This document shows positions 34,705-46,727 of a DNA stretch of 64,000 nt, in pieces (position 1 is the stretch's first letter; each line of letters opens with the position of its first letter). This DNA comes from Massalongia carnosa (taxonomy: Eukaryota). Location of the stretch: NCBI GenBank assembly GCA_965645245.1, contig OZ287077.1:496001-560000 (forward strand), written 5' to 3'. The position numbers and the translations under genes are program-made. The notes below the pieces were generated by a model. The model saw only the letters and a program-made list of their open reading frames with translations, was not told the DNA's origin and made no database searches.

Positions 34705-37011
34705 AGCTGATGATGAGGATGGATTGGGGAAAAGGATGCTTGATGTAGATTTTCAAAGGACTTTGGAATGGATGATGGAATATACAACTTGGAAGATCTG
34801 GTAGAGGTTTTTTGCTCCTTAGTTGAAGGTAGAAAAGTATTCTGACAGCGGGGTCATGGAGGTATTTAATATAAAGTCACGCGGGGTATGTATGGTATTT
34901 TATAAGGGTTTTGGATGGACAAAGCTTAATGTACATGGTAGTTGCTACCTGACCCGTGATGATCTTCTTCCATTCTTGATAGGTATGAGGCAAAGACCTT
35001 TATGCCATACATGTGGCGTCCGCTAGCCTAACATGCCATACGGGACTTTTGTGCTATTGTTCATCTACCCCACTATAATGTAAACAAAACCTTGATCTTG
35101 ATCTCGTTGTTTTATCCTCGCTTCATCGATTTCGTACTGCTTTGTAATTGCTTAATGAGGTGAAATAGTAGGGTAGCTGATGGCATAAAGTTTTGGTCAG
35201 GCGTGTCAGACTAGCGGAACACCATAAAATTCTTCGCCTCTCATAGGTATACGAAGGTATCTATATCATTCAATTTTTTTTTCTTCCAATGCATATGGAT
35301 TAAATCTTCAGTTTTGCATGCTTCAATAGCATAACTGACTCATACTCTGTACCTTTCCCTTTTCCTTTACAAAACCGTGGTTTGCTGAAATGCTTCCCGT
35401 CATTATATTTCTCCAAAAACCACTACTAGGTCCATGTTTTCCAGCGACTTTTTCTTTTTCGGCTTCCATCAACGACACCGAGAAGAGAAGAGTACAAAAA
35501 AATACAGCTGTCCAGCCTCCGTTTTACATGCAGTAACTGCCGACCTTCCTTTACGAATTGGATGGGGGTGGTTCATTCGCTCTAATGCCTGTAAAACTTG
35601 CTCACCGACTCGCAGCACTGGTAACCAATTTTTTAAAGGTGGAACAATCTACCCCGTATGGGGTATCTTCAGCCGGAATCTTCCAGGTAGAAATCCCCCA
35701 GTCTCGTGTGTGGCCAGGCACGGCGACAAAAAGGGCTTGTGCTAGGGGAGCTTTTTCCGAGGATAGTATTGGAGGTGCGGATGATTGTCTTTTTTTGGCC
35801 GTGCTTGGCTTTCTGACGGCTTTTCGTTTTCATGGATTGGAATGTCATTCTCAAATATGATTGGCTTGTATCTCTAAGCGAGGGTGCTTGAACTGTCGAG
35901 ATAGTTCTGATTGTGCCGTGACCCGGCCAGTTTTATGTTTGGTTTTTATTCATACATCATGATAACATGAGGTACGGAGTGTTGACACAACCGCTGTGGA
36001 GGATTCAAAATGGATTAGACTATGACTGGACAGGTTATCTTTCTTTATGTCCAGCTTGGACTCCAGTCTGGATCTCCCACTAATCGGCAATTCAACCCAA
36101 CGAACCAGATCAAAATTACAATGCTATGTAGTCGACAAAAATCGAACGTCTCATCAAGAATATCATTCGTTGTGGCTACACGATTTTCCCAATGCATGCA
36201 CCAAATTCTTTTCGGCGAGGAAAATTTATTGGGGGGATTTGCTCTTATACCCCTGTTAAAACGGGCATCCGATGCCAAATACCGAAACCAGCTGACAAAG
36301 CAATTTGTATCTACCTCGGCAAGAAAAGGCCTGTGGTGGTGGCAAATTGGTATGGAGTCAGAAATCGCATCGGAAGAGACAGATGGGAATGGAGGCTTCT
36401 AGAGTGGCTAGTGGACGGGCATAATTAGGAGCAGTTTTATCTTACGTAGTGGTAGAAGGGGTCAATCGTTTCCCCCAGGTTGTTTTGCATGTGCAAGAAC
36501 TCGTTTGTCGAACTAGTCATATCAATTACACAGTGCTACCATTCCGCCTGTTGCAGTCACAGTTCCACCAACCCCTGAATGCAACAAGTGACAGTTCAAG
36601 AAATAGTTACTCTACGAGGGACCGCTATGAGGATAATCTTGATTGTAGAAACACGCCATCTCGATAGCCTGAACCTGAGCCTGCGAGAAAATTTACATCG
36701 AAATTCTAGAGACGAGCATTAGGTTAGGTTGAATCATAGAATGCATTGATATTTTCACTGGTAACTTCTGTTAAGCTTATGTGAAGACATAATTTGTGGT
36801 TCCGAATTACTGTTCTGAACGTGCTAGAAATAGACTCTGTAGTAAAGGAGATCAAATTCTTCAGTGGAGCACCTATATGTAAGAGTATTTCGGTCTAAAA
36901 TACCATAGAATAGATCCGGTCGAAATACATAACTTATCGATTTCTGTTCATTCATGTCTTTCTTGTAAAACTACCAGCTGCAACAGGCAATAGGTACTTA
37001 TTTGTTCCTGT

Positions 37012-37038
37012 CCCTAACTCTAACTCTAACCCTAACCC
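37012..37038. repeat. Short interstitial telomere-like tract (C[CT]CTAA) x about 4.5
   Basis: ccctaactctaactctaaccctaaccc. Confidence 0.6.
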
Positions 37039-37198
37039 TTGGAGGCTGTTCAACGAGAAAGCGAGAAACCTTGTTCGAGCTTAGTGCACGTTTACTCAGT
37101 TTGTTTACTTTTCGACTCGTTGACGCGGCGCTTAGCATCATCTTGGATTGCGACATCAAACAGCTGTGCAAACAATCAACCACTTTATAACTATCAGT

Positions 37199-39313
37199 AT
37201 GGAAGCTTCGCCATCCCCTCTTACACCAAGGGATGTCAATCGGAGCACACCTGCCGCAAGTGAGCGGAAGACCAGTCACAAAATTTTAGAAGCAACCGAT
37301 CGTTTGATCTTTCAGGATACGGAGAATGTCCCCCTTCATGAGTGTGATGGACTCCAATCTCCTTCCATCACCGATACATTTTCATCCCCCACCAAGAGCG
37401 ACAGCCCAAATAAACAAACTTCGCCGAGAAAACGACCAGGGAACCACCAGACCATCGCGCTCACCGAAGCCGCTCTCCGAGAGAACGAGGGCCTTACTCG
37501 AGCAATCAAAATTTTGGAGGACGAGAGCAGCGGCTCAGAGGTGCACAATGTTGACAACGACACCGTATCTACGATTGAAGCTCCCCAAGGTTATGCTGGC
37601 ATGGACGACACAGGCTTTACCACATTCTCCGCCGTACCAAATGCTGACATGACGCTCTTCGCTCAAATCGGACAATCGCCGGTGCGAAGTGAATTCAGCA
37701 GCCCCTTCAAATCATCCAGACAAGCACAAACTAGAGAAAGGACTACGCCCCAGCACATCGGCCAAACCACACCTGTTACAGCGAGAAATCGTCATTTTGA
37801 CGAATGTTCCCCATCCCCAACTCCCCGCCGCCCAAAATCAAGCTACGAAGAAGACAGCACCAACTTAATCCTTGATTTCACCGAACAATTCAGCGCGTTC
37901 ACGCAGGGTTCCAATCAATTATCGAGCAAAAGCAGTCGCCTTAGCCCGAGGAAATTCAATACTCAACCAAATCTTGCGTCCTTCGCGGCAGGTCGCCGTA
38001 CCCCATCTCCCACGAAACCAGGGTATAGGCCAACCACACCTTCCGGACCTCGACAGTTTGCAAATCTCCTAGATTTTGATCTCACTCCTGCTCCAACACC
38101 CCGATCAATACCAAGCATCACAGCGCGTGAACTCGAATCTTTGAAGTCGAACTTCCTCTCCCAGATCTCGTCTCTGCGCGCAGCGCTCAGCGGGAAAGAG
38201 GCAGAAGTGAACAGTCTGAAGGAGGCGGTGGAAAGCGCTGAGCGTCGTGTAGGGGAAGCGTTGGAGGAAATCCGAGAAGAGCGAGGGACTAGGGAAAGTC
38301 TGCAAGTGGAGAAGGTAGAATGGGAGAAAAGAGACAAGGAAATGCAAGGCGTGCTGCGGAACGTCAAGGAAGAGATCATCCATGGAGACCGGGAGCGAGA
38401 CCAGTTGCAGCAGAAGCTAGATGACAACGAGCGAAAGCGCGAAGAGGCCGAGCTCAAAATCATCGAAGCGCAAAGCAAAAGCTCAGGTCTGGAAGCCGGA
38501 TCAGCTGCAATGGCGACTACTTCCGTTCAAGATACTCCAGTCGCCAACAGCGCCAATTCTAGCACCATAGAAGCTGCAGTGGAGAAAGTCGCCAAAGAGC
38601 TTCATGGCCTATACAGGCACAAACACGAGGTTAAAGTGGCCGCGCTAAAGGAGAGCTACCGAGCGCGGTGGGAACGCAAGATACACGACTTGGAGGCCCA
38701 GATCGAGCAGGTGAGCCGTGAAAACGAAGATCTGCGTCTCGGCCGCGATGCCACGATGTCCGGTGTGATCCCTGGTACATCACCATTGCACGAAAGCTCA
38801 GTAGCGAACCACAACGAACAGCTTGAGCAGCAACGCGCCGAGCAGGAACAACGAGCGGATGAGCAGGCGAAAGTCGCAGCTGCGGTCCAGGAGCAGATGG
38901 CTGTGGTGAAGCGGACGAATGCGGATCTGCTTGCCCAGCTAGAAAAAGAGCGGCGCGAAATGGCTGATCTAGTAGCCGCGACGGAGGAGATGATGCAGCT
39001 ATCCTTAAACCCTCCTTCCTCCGCATCCGCTGCCATCGACTCTTCTTCATTCGCACATCATCCACTGAGCGCCAGCGGAAGTAACAGCAGCAGCATCGAC
39101 AATCTGCGCGGAAGCATCTCACGCCCTGCTATTGGGTCCGTGTCAGGTCTGAAGCCGCCGAGTTTTGGCGGGGCGGGAGAGAGCCGGATCGGACGTGGAC
39201 GTATGGGCGGGACGGGGGAGATGAGGGCGAGAGGGGGGGTTGGCGGGCGCAGTGGGATCATGGGGAATATTGAACGCATGGGAAGGGGAGGGAGGGTGGG
39301 GGAAGGGGTTTAG
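37199..39313 (+). CDS. Coiled-coil protein with Slk19-like central kinetochore-associated domain
   Basis: First ATG at 37199. S/P-rich N half with many [ST]PxK/R sites, a long heptad region, then VEKVAKELHGLYRHKHEVKVAALKESYRARWERKIHDLE. Confidence 0.8.
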   Translation: MEASPSPLTPRDVNRSTPAASERKTSHKILEATDRLIFQDTENVPLHECDGLQSPSITDTFSSPTKSDSPNKQTSPRKRPGNHQTIALTEAALRENEGLTRAIKILEDESSGSEVHNVDNDTVSTIEAPQGYAGMDDTGFTTFSAVPNADMTLFAQIGQSPVRSEFSSPFKSSRQAQTRERTTPQHIGQTTPVTARNRHFDECSPSPTPRRPKSSYEEDSTNLILDFTEQFSAFTQGSNQLSSKSSRLSPRKFNTQPNLASFAAGRRTPSPTKPGYRPTTPSGPRQFANLLDFDLTPAPTPRSIPSITARELESLKSNFLSQISSLRAALSGKEAEVNSLKEAVESAERRVGEALEEIREERGTRESLQVEKVEWEKRDKEMQGVLRNVKEEIIHGDRERDQLQQKLDDNERKREEAELKIIEAQSKSSGLEAGSAAMATTSVQDTPVANSANSSTIEAAVEKVAKELHGLYRHKHEVKVAALKESYRARWERKIHDLEAQIEQVSRENEDLRLGRDATMSGVIPGTSPLHESSVANHNEQLEQQRAEQEQRADEQAKVAAAVQEQMAVVKRTNADLLAQLEKERREMADLVAATEEMMQLSLNPPSSASAAIDSSSFAHHPLSASGSNSSSIDNLRGSISRPAIGSVSGLKPPSFGGAGESRIGRGRMGGTGEMRARGGVGGRSGIMGNIERMGRGGRVGEGV

Positions 39314-40241
39314 GATGCTGTGGCTTGGGGATCTTGTTGTGCTGTCGTTGCTGGCGCTCTGGGTGTTTTGCTCGTCTTTTGCATTTTCAAGAGATTTGGA
39401 AGAAAAAGGGAGGTTCGTTTTGAAATGGCATTCGTTCCGAGTCCGATCATCTTTTTGGAGGATAAACGCAGCTTGGGGAAGCGTTACGAGAGAAGCAGTT
39501 CTATTGAAATTGGCGTTTCAGAAGAAGAAAAATAGCCCTGCTGCCTGGATAGTTTGGTAGGTAGGTAATTATTAGAAAATTGGTTGGTTAATTGATGGAT
39601 TGATTGATTAATTGACTAAATGTTCAGGCGCTCGAGATTTTGTTATTCTTCCTTTGGTCGTAGGTTGGTTTGAGTGGTTCGTTCCGTTTGAACTGTTTGA
39701 CTGTATGTATTTAGTTAGAACGTCTTTTGATCTTTTTGTCTATCTGTCTATAACTCTACTTCAATATTATACGCATCCGCATAGATATAAAAGTCTTGTT
39801 TCTTTCCCCCCTCCCCCCGGGTTTTTCCTTCTGACTTTGTTCCCATTCCTCCCGTTTATTCCTATCGTTCTTCTTCAGAACTCAGTTCTATTTGAGTCTT
39901 ATTTCCTTTCTCCTTCTCGCGAGACAAATTTCGGCGAAAATAGCTTCGCTCCGTCTACGAACATCTAGTTTGGGTTTTTGGGGGGAGGAGGGATATAGGG
40001 AGAGGTATTGGGATGATGACGATGGAAAAGGGGGATGAGAATAAGGATTCTAAGGAGGCGCAATGAGTTTTGTTTTATTTTGAGGGAAAAGCTAGTTAGT
40101 TAGTTTTAACAAAATTCACGCATAAAGATGAATGGGCGGAGGGAGCGTTTCTCGTCTAGTTTTACTTCGCTAGATGTGATATATGTCAACCAATAATACA
40201 CCCAGAGCGCTTAAAAAAAAGTTTGAAGAGAGGAATATATT

Positions 40242-41483
40242 TCATCCAGAAAGCGCAGCCGGGGTAGGGACAGACGTGGTTCTGGCCCTGACGAAACCCG
40301 GACTAGGGCTGGGCCAGGTGTAATCCACCCATTCTCCAAGTCTTTCTCTGATCTCTTTGGAAAGCTCCTGAACATCCTTCCGCCTTGACAAACTCGCCAA
40401 CCGGTCCTGGGTTCCTCTCCCCGATCCGACCGCTGTCGCTTCCCCATTCTTGAGGCCATCCAGAACGCTGCGCCAGACGCGCATAGTCTCTTCCAACTCG
40501 TCCACGTTGCTGACACCTATGACGCTGACGCCCAGCTTGGGCGAGCCGGGATGTTCGACGGGTTCGCTTTTCCAGAGAATGCCCGAGGCAGGATCGCCCA
40601 TGGAGCCGACGGCTTCACCCTCCCGTATCCAGTTCTCCAGCGCAAAGCGAATGGCGACTGTCTCGATCCGTTCGTTTTGGGATTCACACCAAGCGTTCGC
40701 CGCCTGGATGGCCGTGCGTAGCTCTTTCGGTGACGGGTGAAAGTCTCCTTGACCACCTATCGGCACCCCGACGCGCCGTAATAGACCCATCCCCAGCACC
40801 GATGCGTTCGACACAACGGATACTCCGGCTGCCTTGAGCCTTGGTAAAGCAACGGAGCTGAGTCTGGTATTTTGTAGAGTGAAATTTGCGTACGACATCA
40901 CCGCATCCACAGGCTCCCCCGTTCTGTCAAGAATCATTTCCGATAGCTCGCAAAGCATTTCTACTGGATAGCCTGATATGCCAATATATTTGACGAGCCC
41001 CAAATCGTCCCGAATCTTCCGCAGCTCAATGATTGCGGTGAAAACCTCTTCGGGCGTGACAAACTCCACGTCGTGACAAAATACGACGTCCAAATAAGTC
41101 GTGCGCAGACGTTCGAGGCTCTTCGCCACGCTTTTCCGCACCCATGATGCTGAATAGTCAAATTCAGTGTTACCGATCCGCCCAACCTTGGTCAGCAGGA
41201 AGTAGTCCCGGCGAGGAAAGTTCTCATAGATATAAGGGGTATCGAAAGCTTGGCCTAGAAGCTTTTCGGCCGGACCATAATACGGAGATGTGTCAAAGGC
41301 TCGAACTCCAAGCGAAAGAGCACGATGGACAATATCCGTAGTAGGTAAAGCATATGGATCGGGATTATACTGTGAATTGAAGGTCGCTGTCCCCAAGATT
41401 AGAGGAGGGAGCAAGGCAGACAGCGGCTGAGATGGTCGAGGCATGACTGATAACGAAGGAGGGGAATGTCTGGACCTGGCCAT
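40242..41483 (-). CDS. Aldo-keto reductase, D-arabinose/L-galactose dehydrogenase (ARA2-like)
   Basis: 413-aa ORF with LILGTATF, AFDTSPYYG, LLTKVGR, SLERLRTTYLDVVFCHDVEF and IGISGYP. Confidence 0.9.
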   Translation of the reverse strand: MARSRHSPPSLSVMPRPSQPLSALLPPLILGTATFNSQYNPDPYALPTTDIVHRALSLGVRAFDTSPYYGPAEKLLGQAFDTPYIYENFPRRDYFLLTKVGRIGNTEFDYSASWVRKSVAKSLERLRTTYLDVVFCHDVEFVTPEEVFTAIIELRKIRDDLGLVKYIGISGYPVEMLCELSEMILDRTGEPVDAVMSYANFTLQNTRLSSVALPRLKAAGVSVVSNASVLGMGLLRRVGVPIGGQGDFHPSPKELRTAIQAANAWCESQNERIETVAIRFALENWIREGEAVGSMGDPASGILWKSEPVEHPGSPKLGVSVIGVSNVDELEETMRVWRSVLDGLKNGEATAVGSGRGTQDRLASLSRRKDVQELSKEIRERLGEWVDYTWPSPSPGFVRARTTSVPTPAALSG

Positions 41484-42406
41484 TGAATAAAATTTTAAAG
41501 CTGCTATTCTGGCCGTGCTCTGAACGGCTATAACAGCAGACGAAAATAGGAGAATTCTATACTGAAGTTTAAAGAATAAAGAAGGTAAAAGCGCAGCTTC
41601 GAAATAACCTATATATTTTCTTACTCGTACTAAGGTGAAAGGGAAAAGTTGTCTCCAGAAATGTCACGACGTTTAGCTATCATCAAGTAGGAGTCTACGA
41701 CGAGAAGACTTCGAGACTTTATGAACAGGCAGACAGATAAGCTTTGAATGAATCATTTTCGAGAATTTTTTAGATTGAATTTGTTTTGAGGGGCGTTTGG
41801 GCGAATTCGCAAGTTCCCCTAGTCACGTGATCGTTAAAAGCTCCGCAACCTTTCAGCTCATCAGCAGTAGCACTTCAGATTACGATGATGTTATTATTGT
41901 TCGAGATATTCATCACTTGGCTTGGACACTAGACTTCCTCTCTTAGGCACTGAGAATATTCTCACCTAATTCCTAGCGAAATGCTAAAAAACATTAAAAA
42001 GGCAGTTGATGTAGAGTAGTCCTGAACTCTTGAGGATAGAGCCGAGGAGCCATAGCCGCGAAAACGAGATATCCTAAAGAGATCTTATTCAAGACTTGCA
42101 ACAGAAGAAGATGCGCTTTGTATCCAGCTAGCAGCAAGCCCAGAGTTTCTTCCGCCAATCTAAAGAAGAAGCATGATTGCAGAAAAGGGACAATGCTATC
42201 GATAGAAATCAATATCGAAATGCTCAGCATCCGTGAATCACCAAAAGCTTATTCAAGAGGATTCGAATACTGGAGATAGGAGCAAATATGTGATGATTCG
42301 AATGGGTCATGAATATGGCTGCTAAGCAGTAAACCATGATGCGTGATGGGGTATTAGGGCCATCAACTTCCTATAGAAGGTCCACATGGGGAAAGATAGG
42401 ATTCTT

Positions 42407-42944
42407 GGCATCTAATTCTGGGACACCCCATTCGCTACTTTGACATCCTCTTTCTTTACATTAACACCCCCCCTCAAGCTAACCTAATCAAATATATTTT
42501 CGAGTTTCACCTGTCCGTCCGAACTTCAAAACTTCGTTATGTTTCATTTACATTGAATGAACCTTGGACTTGAGGTTGAGAGCGAAAGCGAAAATTAAAG
42601 AAAGAGAACGAAATGATGAAGAGAAAAGAAGAAAAAACGAACAATCACAAGATAAGGAAGAAGTCTTCGATGATGTTATTCTATCAATTGAAATGAAGGA
42701 AGTTGATTCGTTTCGAGCCTTTAAAATAAAATTACTGAAATCAATTATTATTTTGAAGAAACAAGCTTCTCGTCTATATCCCTGTTTACTATATATTATA
42801 GAAGCATTTATTTTCATTTTTTTGAATGCTCATTTTATAGACTGCGAGCGGGAAAACATACTCGATTAAGTTAATTTGAGGGGGAGTGTTAATGTAAAAA
42901 AAGGTGTCAAGGTATTGAATAAGGGTGTCCCAGAGTTAGATGCC
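42407..42944. mobile_element. Degenerate non-autonomous TIR element
   Basis: Imperfect inverted ends of about 90 bp (GGCATCTAA[TC]TCTGGGACACCC...TTGACA...TTTACATTAACAC.CCCCCTCAA) around an AT-rich interior. Flanks TTCTT and TTCTA. Confidence 0.8.
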
Positions 42945-43619
42945 TTCTACAAGGCATAGGTTTCCGCCGCGGAGTTTTATCTAAATACAAACCCCTATCA
43001 AGTTAAGGGCAAGAGAAGAGCAGCCGATTCATGTGGCTATGTCCATTCAGTTCCAAGGTTTTAGTTCCACATCATGTCTGCCAGATTATTCAGTCTAGCC
43101 CCAAAGCTCATAGCAAAAAAACCTTGTTAGGGAACATGGAAAACGGCTAGTGGAATAATATCTATTCATTGAATAGCATGCTAGGCAACTATCTTAGGTT
43201 CGTAAACGAGCGATCGCGTACACACTGAAGGATTCGCCTGCTCAATTTTCGCGTTACCCCTGTTCCCGTCAAGGGAGTATTCTGCTACTATCTATAGACT
43301 TTCTCAAATTAACCTGAATCAATTTCTTCGGCCATGAAAGTTTGGAAGTCAGGAAGCTGCATTCAGAATCTTGATTCAATTTTATGAGAGATTCGCTGGC
43401 ATTGTTAATGGCGTGAGCATGATAATGGAAGTAGAAGTAGTGACTTTTTATGTATCCGGTTTTTTATATCAATATTCAGTTCATGAAAGATATCTCTTCT
43501 CGCCAATCTTTGGTCGAGCGAAACGGGAGATAATATTTGCTGGCGGGGCAGATATTTTCTTCCAGAAATTTATGATATTTTTTCAGTTTTCCAGTTTCCA
43601 TTTCCCCTTTACTTGATTC

Positions 43620-44290
43620 GTGTATCATGCGCTCCTTATTCTTGGCCTAATTTCGTCGGCTTTCAATAAATTCGTGATTTCCCTGACCGATTTGGGAGTT
43701 GATGGCAACGTTTTTAATCCAGCATATAATGGGCTGGATCCCACCGATGCTAACAAGATCCATGGTAGTTTTAGAGAAGAGTTCCTCGATATAGTGATAG
43801 GGCGAATCACAAATACCACCAAATGTTGTGTCCAACGACCTCGTTGCTAGCGGCACGAATGGGGTCATGGTGGGAGATGGGCCTAATGCTGATACCGTAT
43901 TCAAGCTTGGATTAGCTGCTAGCAACGAAAAATGTCATCCAAATTCTCAACAGGGGCATAAAAGAAAACCAGGGTTTTATGCCCCATCCCAAACTTGAAA
44001 TCCCTTCAAGATTTTTATGACGTCAAGGAGGTCACCGAGGATAGCCCGAATCCGGCGCTACAACCCAAGCTCAAGCCCCAACCACCGAGGCTTCCTTTCC
44101 TCAAGCCCTTGCCTATTCCGAAGGTCGACCTCAATCTCAGTGGTGTCCTGTAATCAACCTATGTTAAAAACGCTATATATGTGGACGCCAAATTTGTCCC
44201 CTATCCCGTTGCTGTTTGTGATGACGGCATCTAGGGCTTCCGGCGTTTTAAGCCTGGAAAAGGTTGGGCAAACTATTGACGTTGCCAGGA
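43620..44290 (+). pseudogene. Possible decayed secreted-protein gene
   Basis: Hydrophobic HALLILGLISSA, then protein-like frames (GVDGNVFNPAYNGLDP; PIPNLKSLQDFYDVKEV...LSGVL*STYVKNAIYVDAKFVPYPVAVCDDGI*GF) broken by stops and frame changes. Confidence 0.3.
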
Positions 44291-44952
44291 TCTGTACGTT
44301 TATTGACAAGGATTGATCCATTTACTTTCAATAAATATTGATAAAGAGGAAGAGGCTGATCTGCTCGACGCAGGGCTGACTGATGGTGGTGTACAGTTGT
44401 TGATCTTGCCTCTGGTTATCCTTGTCCGTGTTGGCATTAGTGTTGCAAATACTTCACCGAGGAGGTGACAGACGAGGGGCGATATAATATCTAGCTTGAG
44501 GTCGGTATGGCAAAACGTTGCGGGCTGTTAGATATTGAAAAGCTGGAAAATATTTATTGCGTATGGACGATCCATGGGCGCCGTGATGGGTTTTCAGAGT
44601 AGACGATAAAATATGACCAGAGTGGAACCTATAGCCTGGCTAGATTTTCCGTCTTTGTATATTTTAGGTGTTGCTGTCAAATGCCAGTTTACTCGTCATA
44701 ATACAGAGTACAGGTACTAGTACGGAGTACTGATCATCCAATGGACATGCCGAGGCCCGTTGAGTTGCCTTTGGATGACGCCAAACATTTTCCGTTCCCG
44801 ATGAGGTAACAGTTACAAGGAGTATTCTGCCTGACTCCAAAAAACTGTAGCATCTATTGTAATCAAATCAAAATCAAAAGAAAACCGAGTTTTTATACTA
44901 CCAGGATGAGAGCTGCATCACACAAGCAACCTCTGCAGACCTCTGCCGTCGC

Positions 44953-46727
44953 ATGGCTGCGTTTGGTATGTTATTTTCAAGTTTCTTCCTCTCTTTCAGA
45001 GGGATATGACTGACCGTTCCCGCTTCAGAAACGCCTTGGATAACGGGAATGGCTCCTTCACCTACGAAACGCCCTGAGAATGGATCCGCACATACCAAAT
45101 CACACGAAGACCCGACCGTAGCTGCTTTCTCTCCATCGTCCTCCTACATCTCCCCAGCGTCGAAACAGCGTTCGATCATTCTTGTCCACCGCAAGTCGCC
45201 GTTGTTGGTCGCAACGCCGCCCTCAATCACCCGTGCCCTCGCCTTTTCGCATCCTTTTCTGCTGCCTCTGAGCAAGCTAGCTGGTCTACTGTCATGGACG
45301 ACCGGCGATCCGTGGGAGAGTTTCCTTCTTGTGGCAGGGTTTTGGGCTACGGTGTTATACGGGGATTATATTATACGATGGGTAGGCCCGGTTGTGGTCG
45401 TGATGGGCATGGTATTGGGCATGTACTCGCGCAGGTACTCGCCATTGTCTTCCACTGGCTGGACTGGAGAGAAGCAAAAAGGGCTCAAGAGGGACCCATC
45501 GGAGAGCAACATGAGGCATCAGAAAAGCTTGGATGAGATTGTAGATACGCTGACCGCTCTCACGTCGAGATGCAATGTACTGCTTGAACCGTTCTTGCAA
45601 ATGACGGATTTCTTGTCTACCCAGAGGACCGCTACGTCTGCAAGCACCAGGCCTGCGCTTACCACCCTGTTCATCCGTATTCTGTTCATCACGCCAATTT
45701 GGATCCTGTTGACCCTGCCGCCTCTCCGTGTCATCACGTCTCGTCGAGTTGTTCTTGCCTTTGGCACGTTAACATTAACTTGGCATTCCAGACCTGCTCG
45801 GGTGTCGCGGGCAATATTATGGCGTTCTCGAACCATTCGACGAATCAGTTCGGCAGCCACCGGTCTCTCGTTCACGGGAGATGTACCCCTGCTCCCTCCA
45901 CGGAACGGTGAAGCGCCGCCACTGCCCCCGCGAGACAGAAGCCAGCACGCACTCGCCAATTCCCTGGTTTCGAACAACGAAGTTGAATCTGTGGGTGTAC
46001 GCTTCACCTTTGTGGTCTTCGAGAATCAACGGCGCTGGCTAGGATTAGGGTGGACGTCCTCCCTCCTCGCCTACGAGCGTGCGGCCTGGACCGACGAGCA
46101 TTTGGACCCGTCCGATTCTAAAGAAAGCTTTCGCTTGCCGGAAATAGACAACGGGATTTCCAAATGGCGTTGGGTACCGGGCTCCGAGTGGCGAGTAGAA
46201 GGGGCAGGGAAGAGCAAGACGGGCGGAGACGAGGACGGCTGGATTTATTACGACAGCAAGGTGATTTCCTACCTGTGCCAGCTCTGGAGCATTTACAAGT
46301 TTACTAAACACCTGTAAAGTGGAATGACGGTCGCCGCGGTCAAGACGGGTGGGGCCGTTACACTCGCCGGCGAAAATGGTATCGCGACGCGGAACTTGTG
46401 GAGATTCTTCCCGGGGTCGAGTCCTCGGACCCCATCCCCGTCGACTCTTCCACCGCTACCACGGACCCCCCCCCTCGCCTAGACGACTCCCAAGCCATCA
46501 AGGAGAGCGAGAGCAACGATGCGAGTAGCAATAGCCTAGGTTCGCGGCGGCGGGGGTTCCTACGCCGGGGAAGCCGCACGAGCACGAGCGCGAGAAGTAG
46601 CGCGGAGCTGCGATGGGGGGGTGGCGGTAGCGAGGACGAGACTGAGGGCGGGAGAGGATTGTCGGTGCATCATGACCGGGAGGAGAATTGGGGGGTGGGC
46701 GATGAGCTTAAGATGGGGTTGGGGTGA
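44953..46727 (+). CDS. Pex23/Pex30-family peroxin (Pex24p domain with dysferlin motifs)
   Basis: Exons 44953-44965, 45029-46260 and 46320-46727. Reads MAAFETPWI..., LLSWTTGDPWESFLLV, LTWHSRPARV, FENQRRWLGLGW, WRWVPGSEW, DGWIYYDSK|W and YTRRRKWYRDAELV. Confidence 0.9.

Noticed and set aside
37326..41341. Many antisense and alternate-frame ORFs over the Slk19-like and AKR genes
   Set aside because: They are shadow ORFs of real GC-rich coding sequence.
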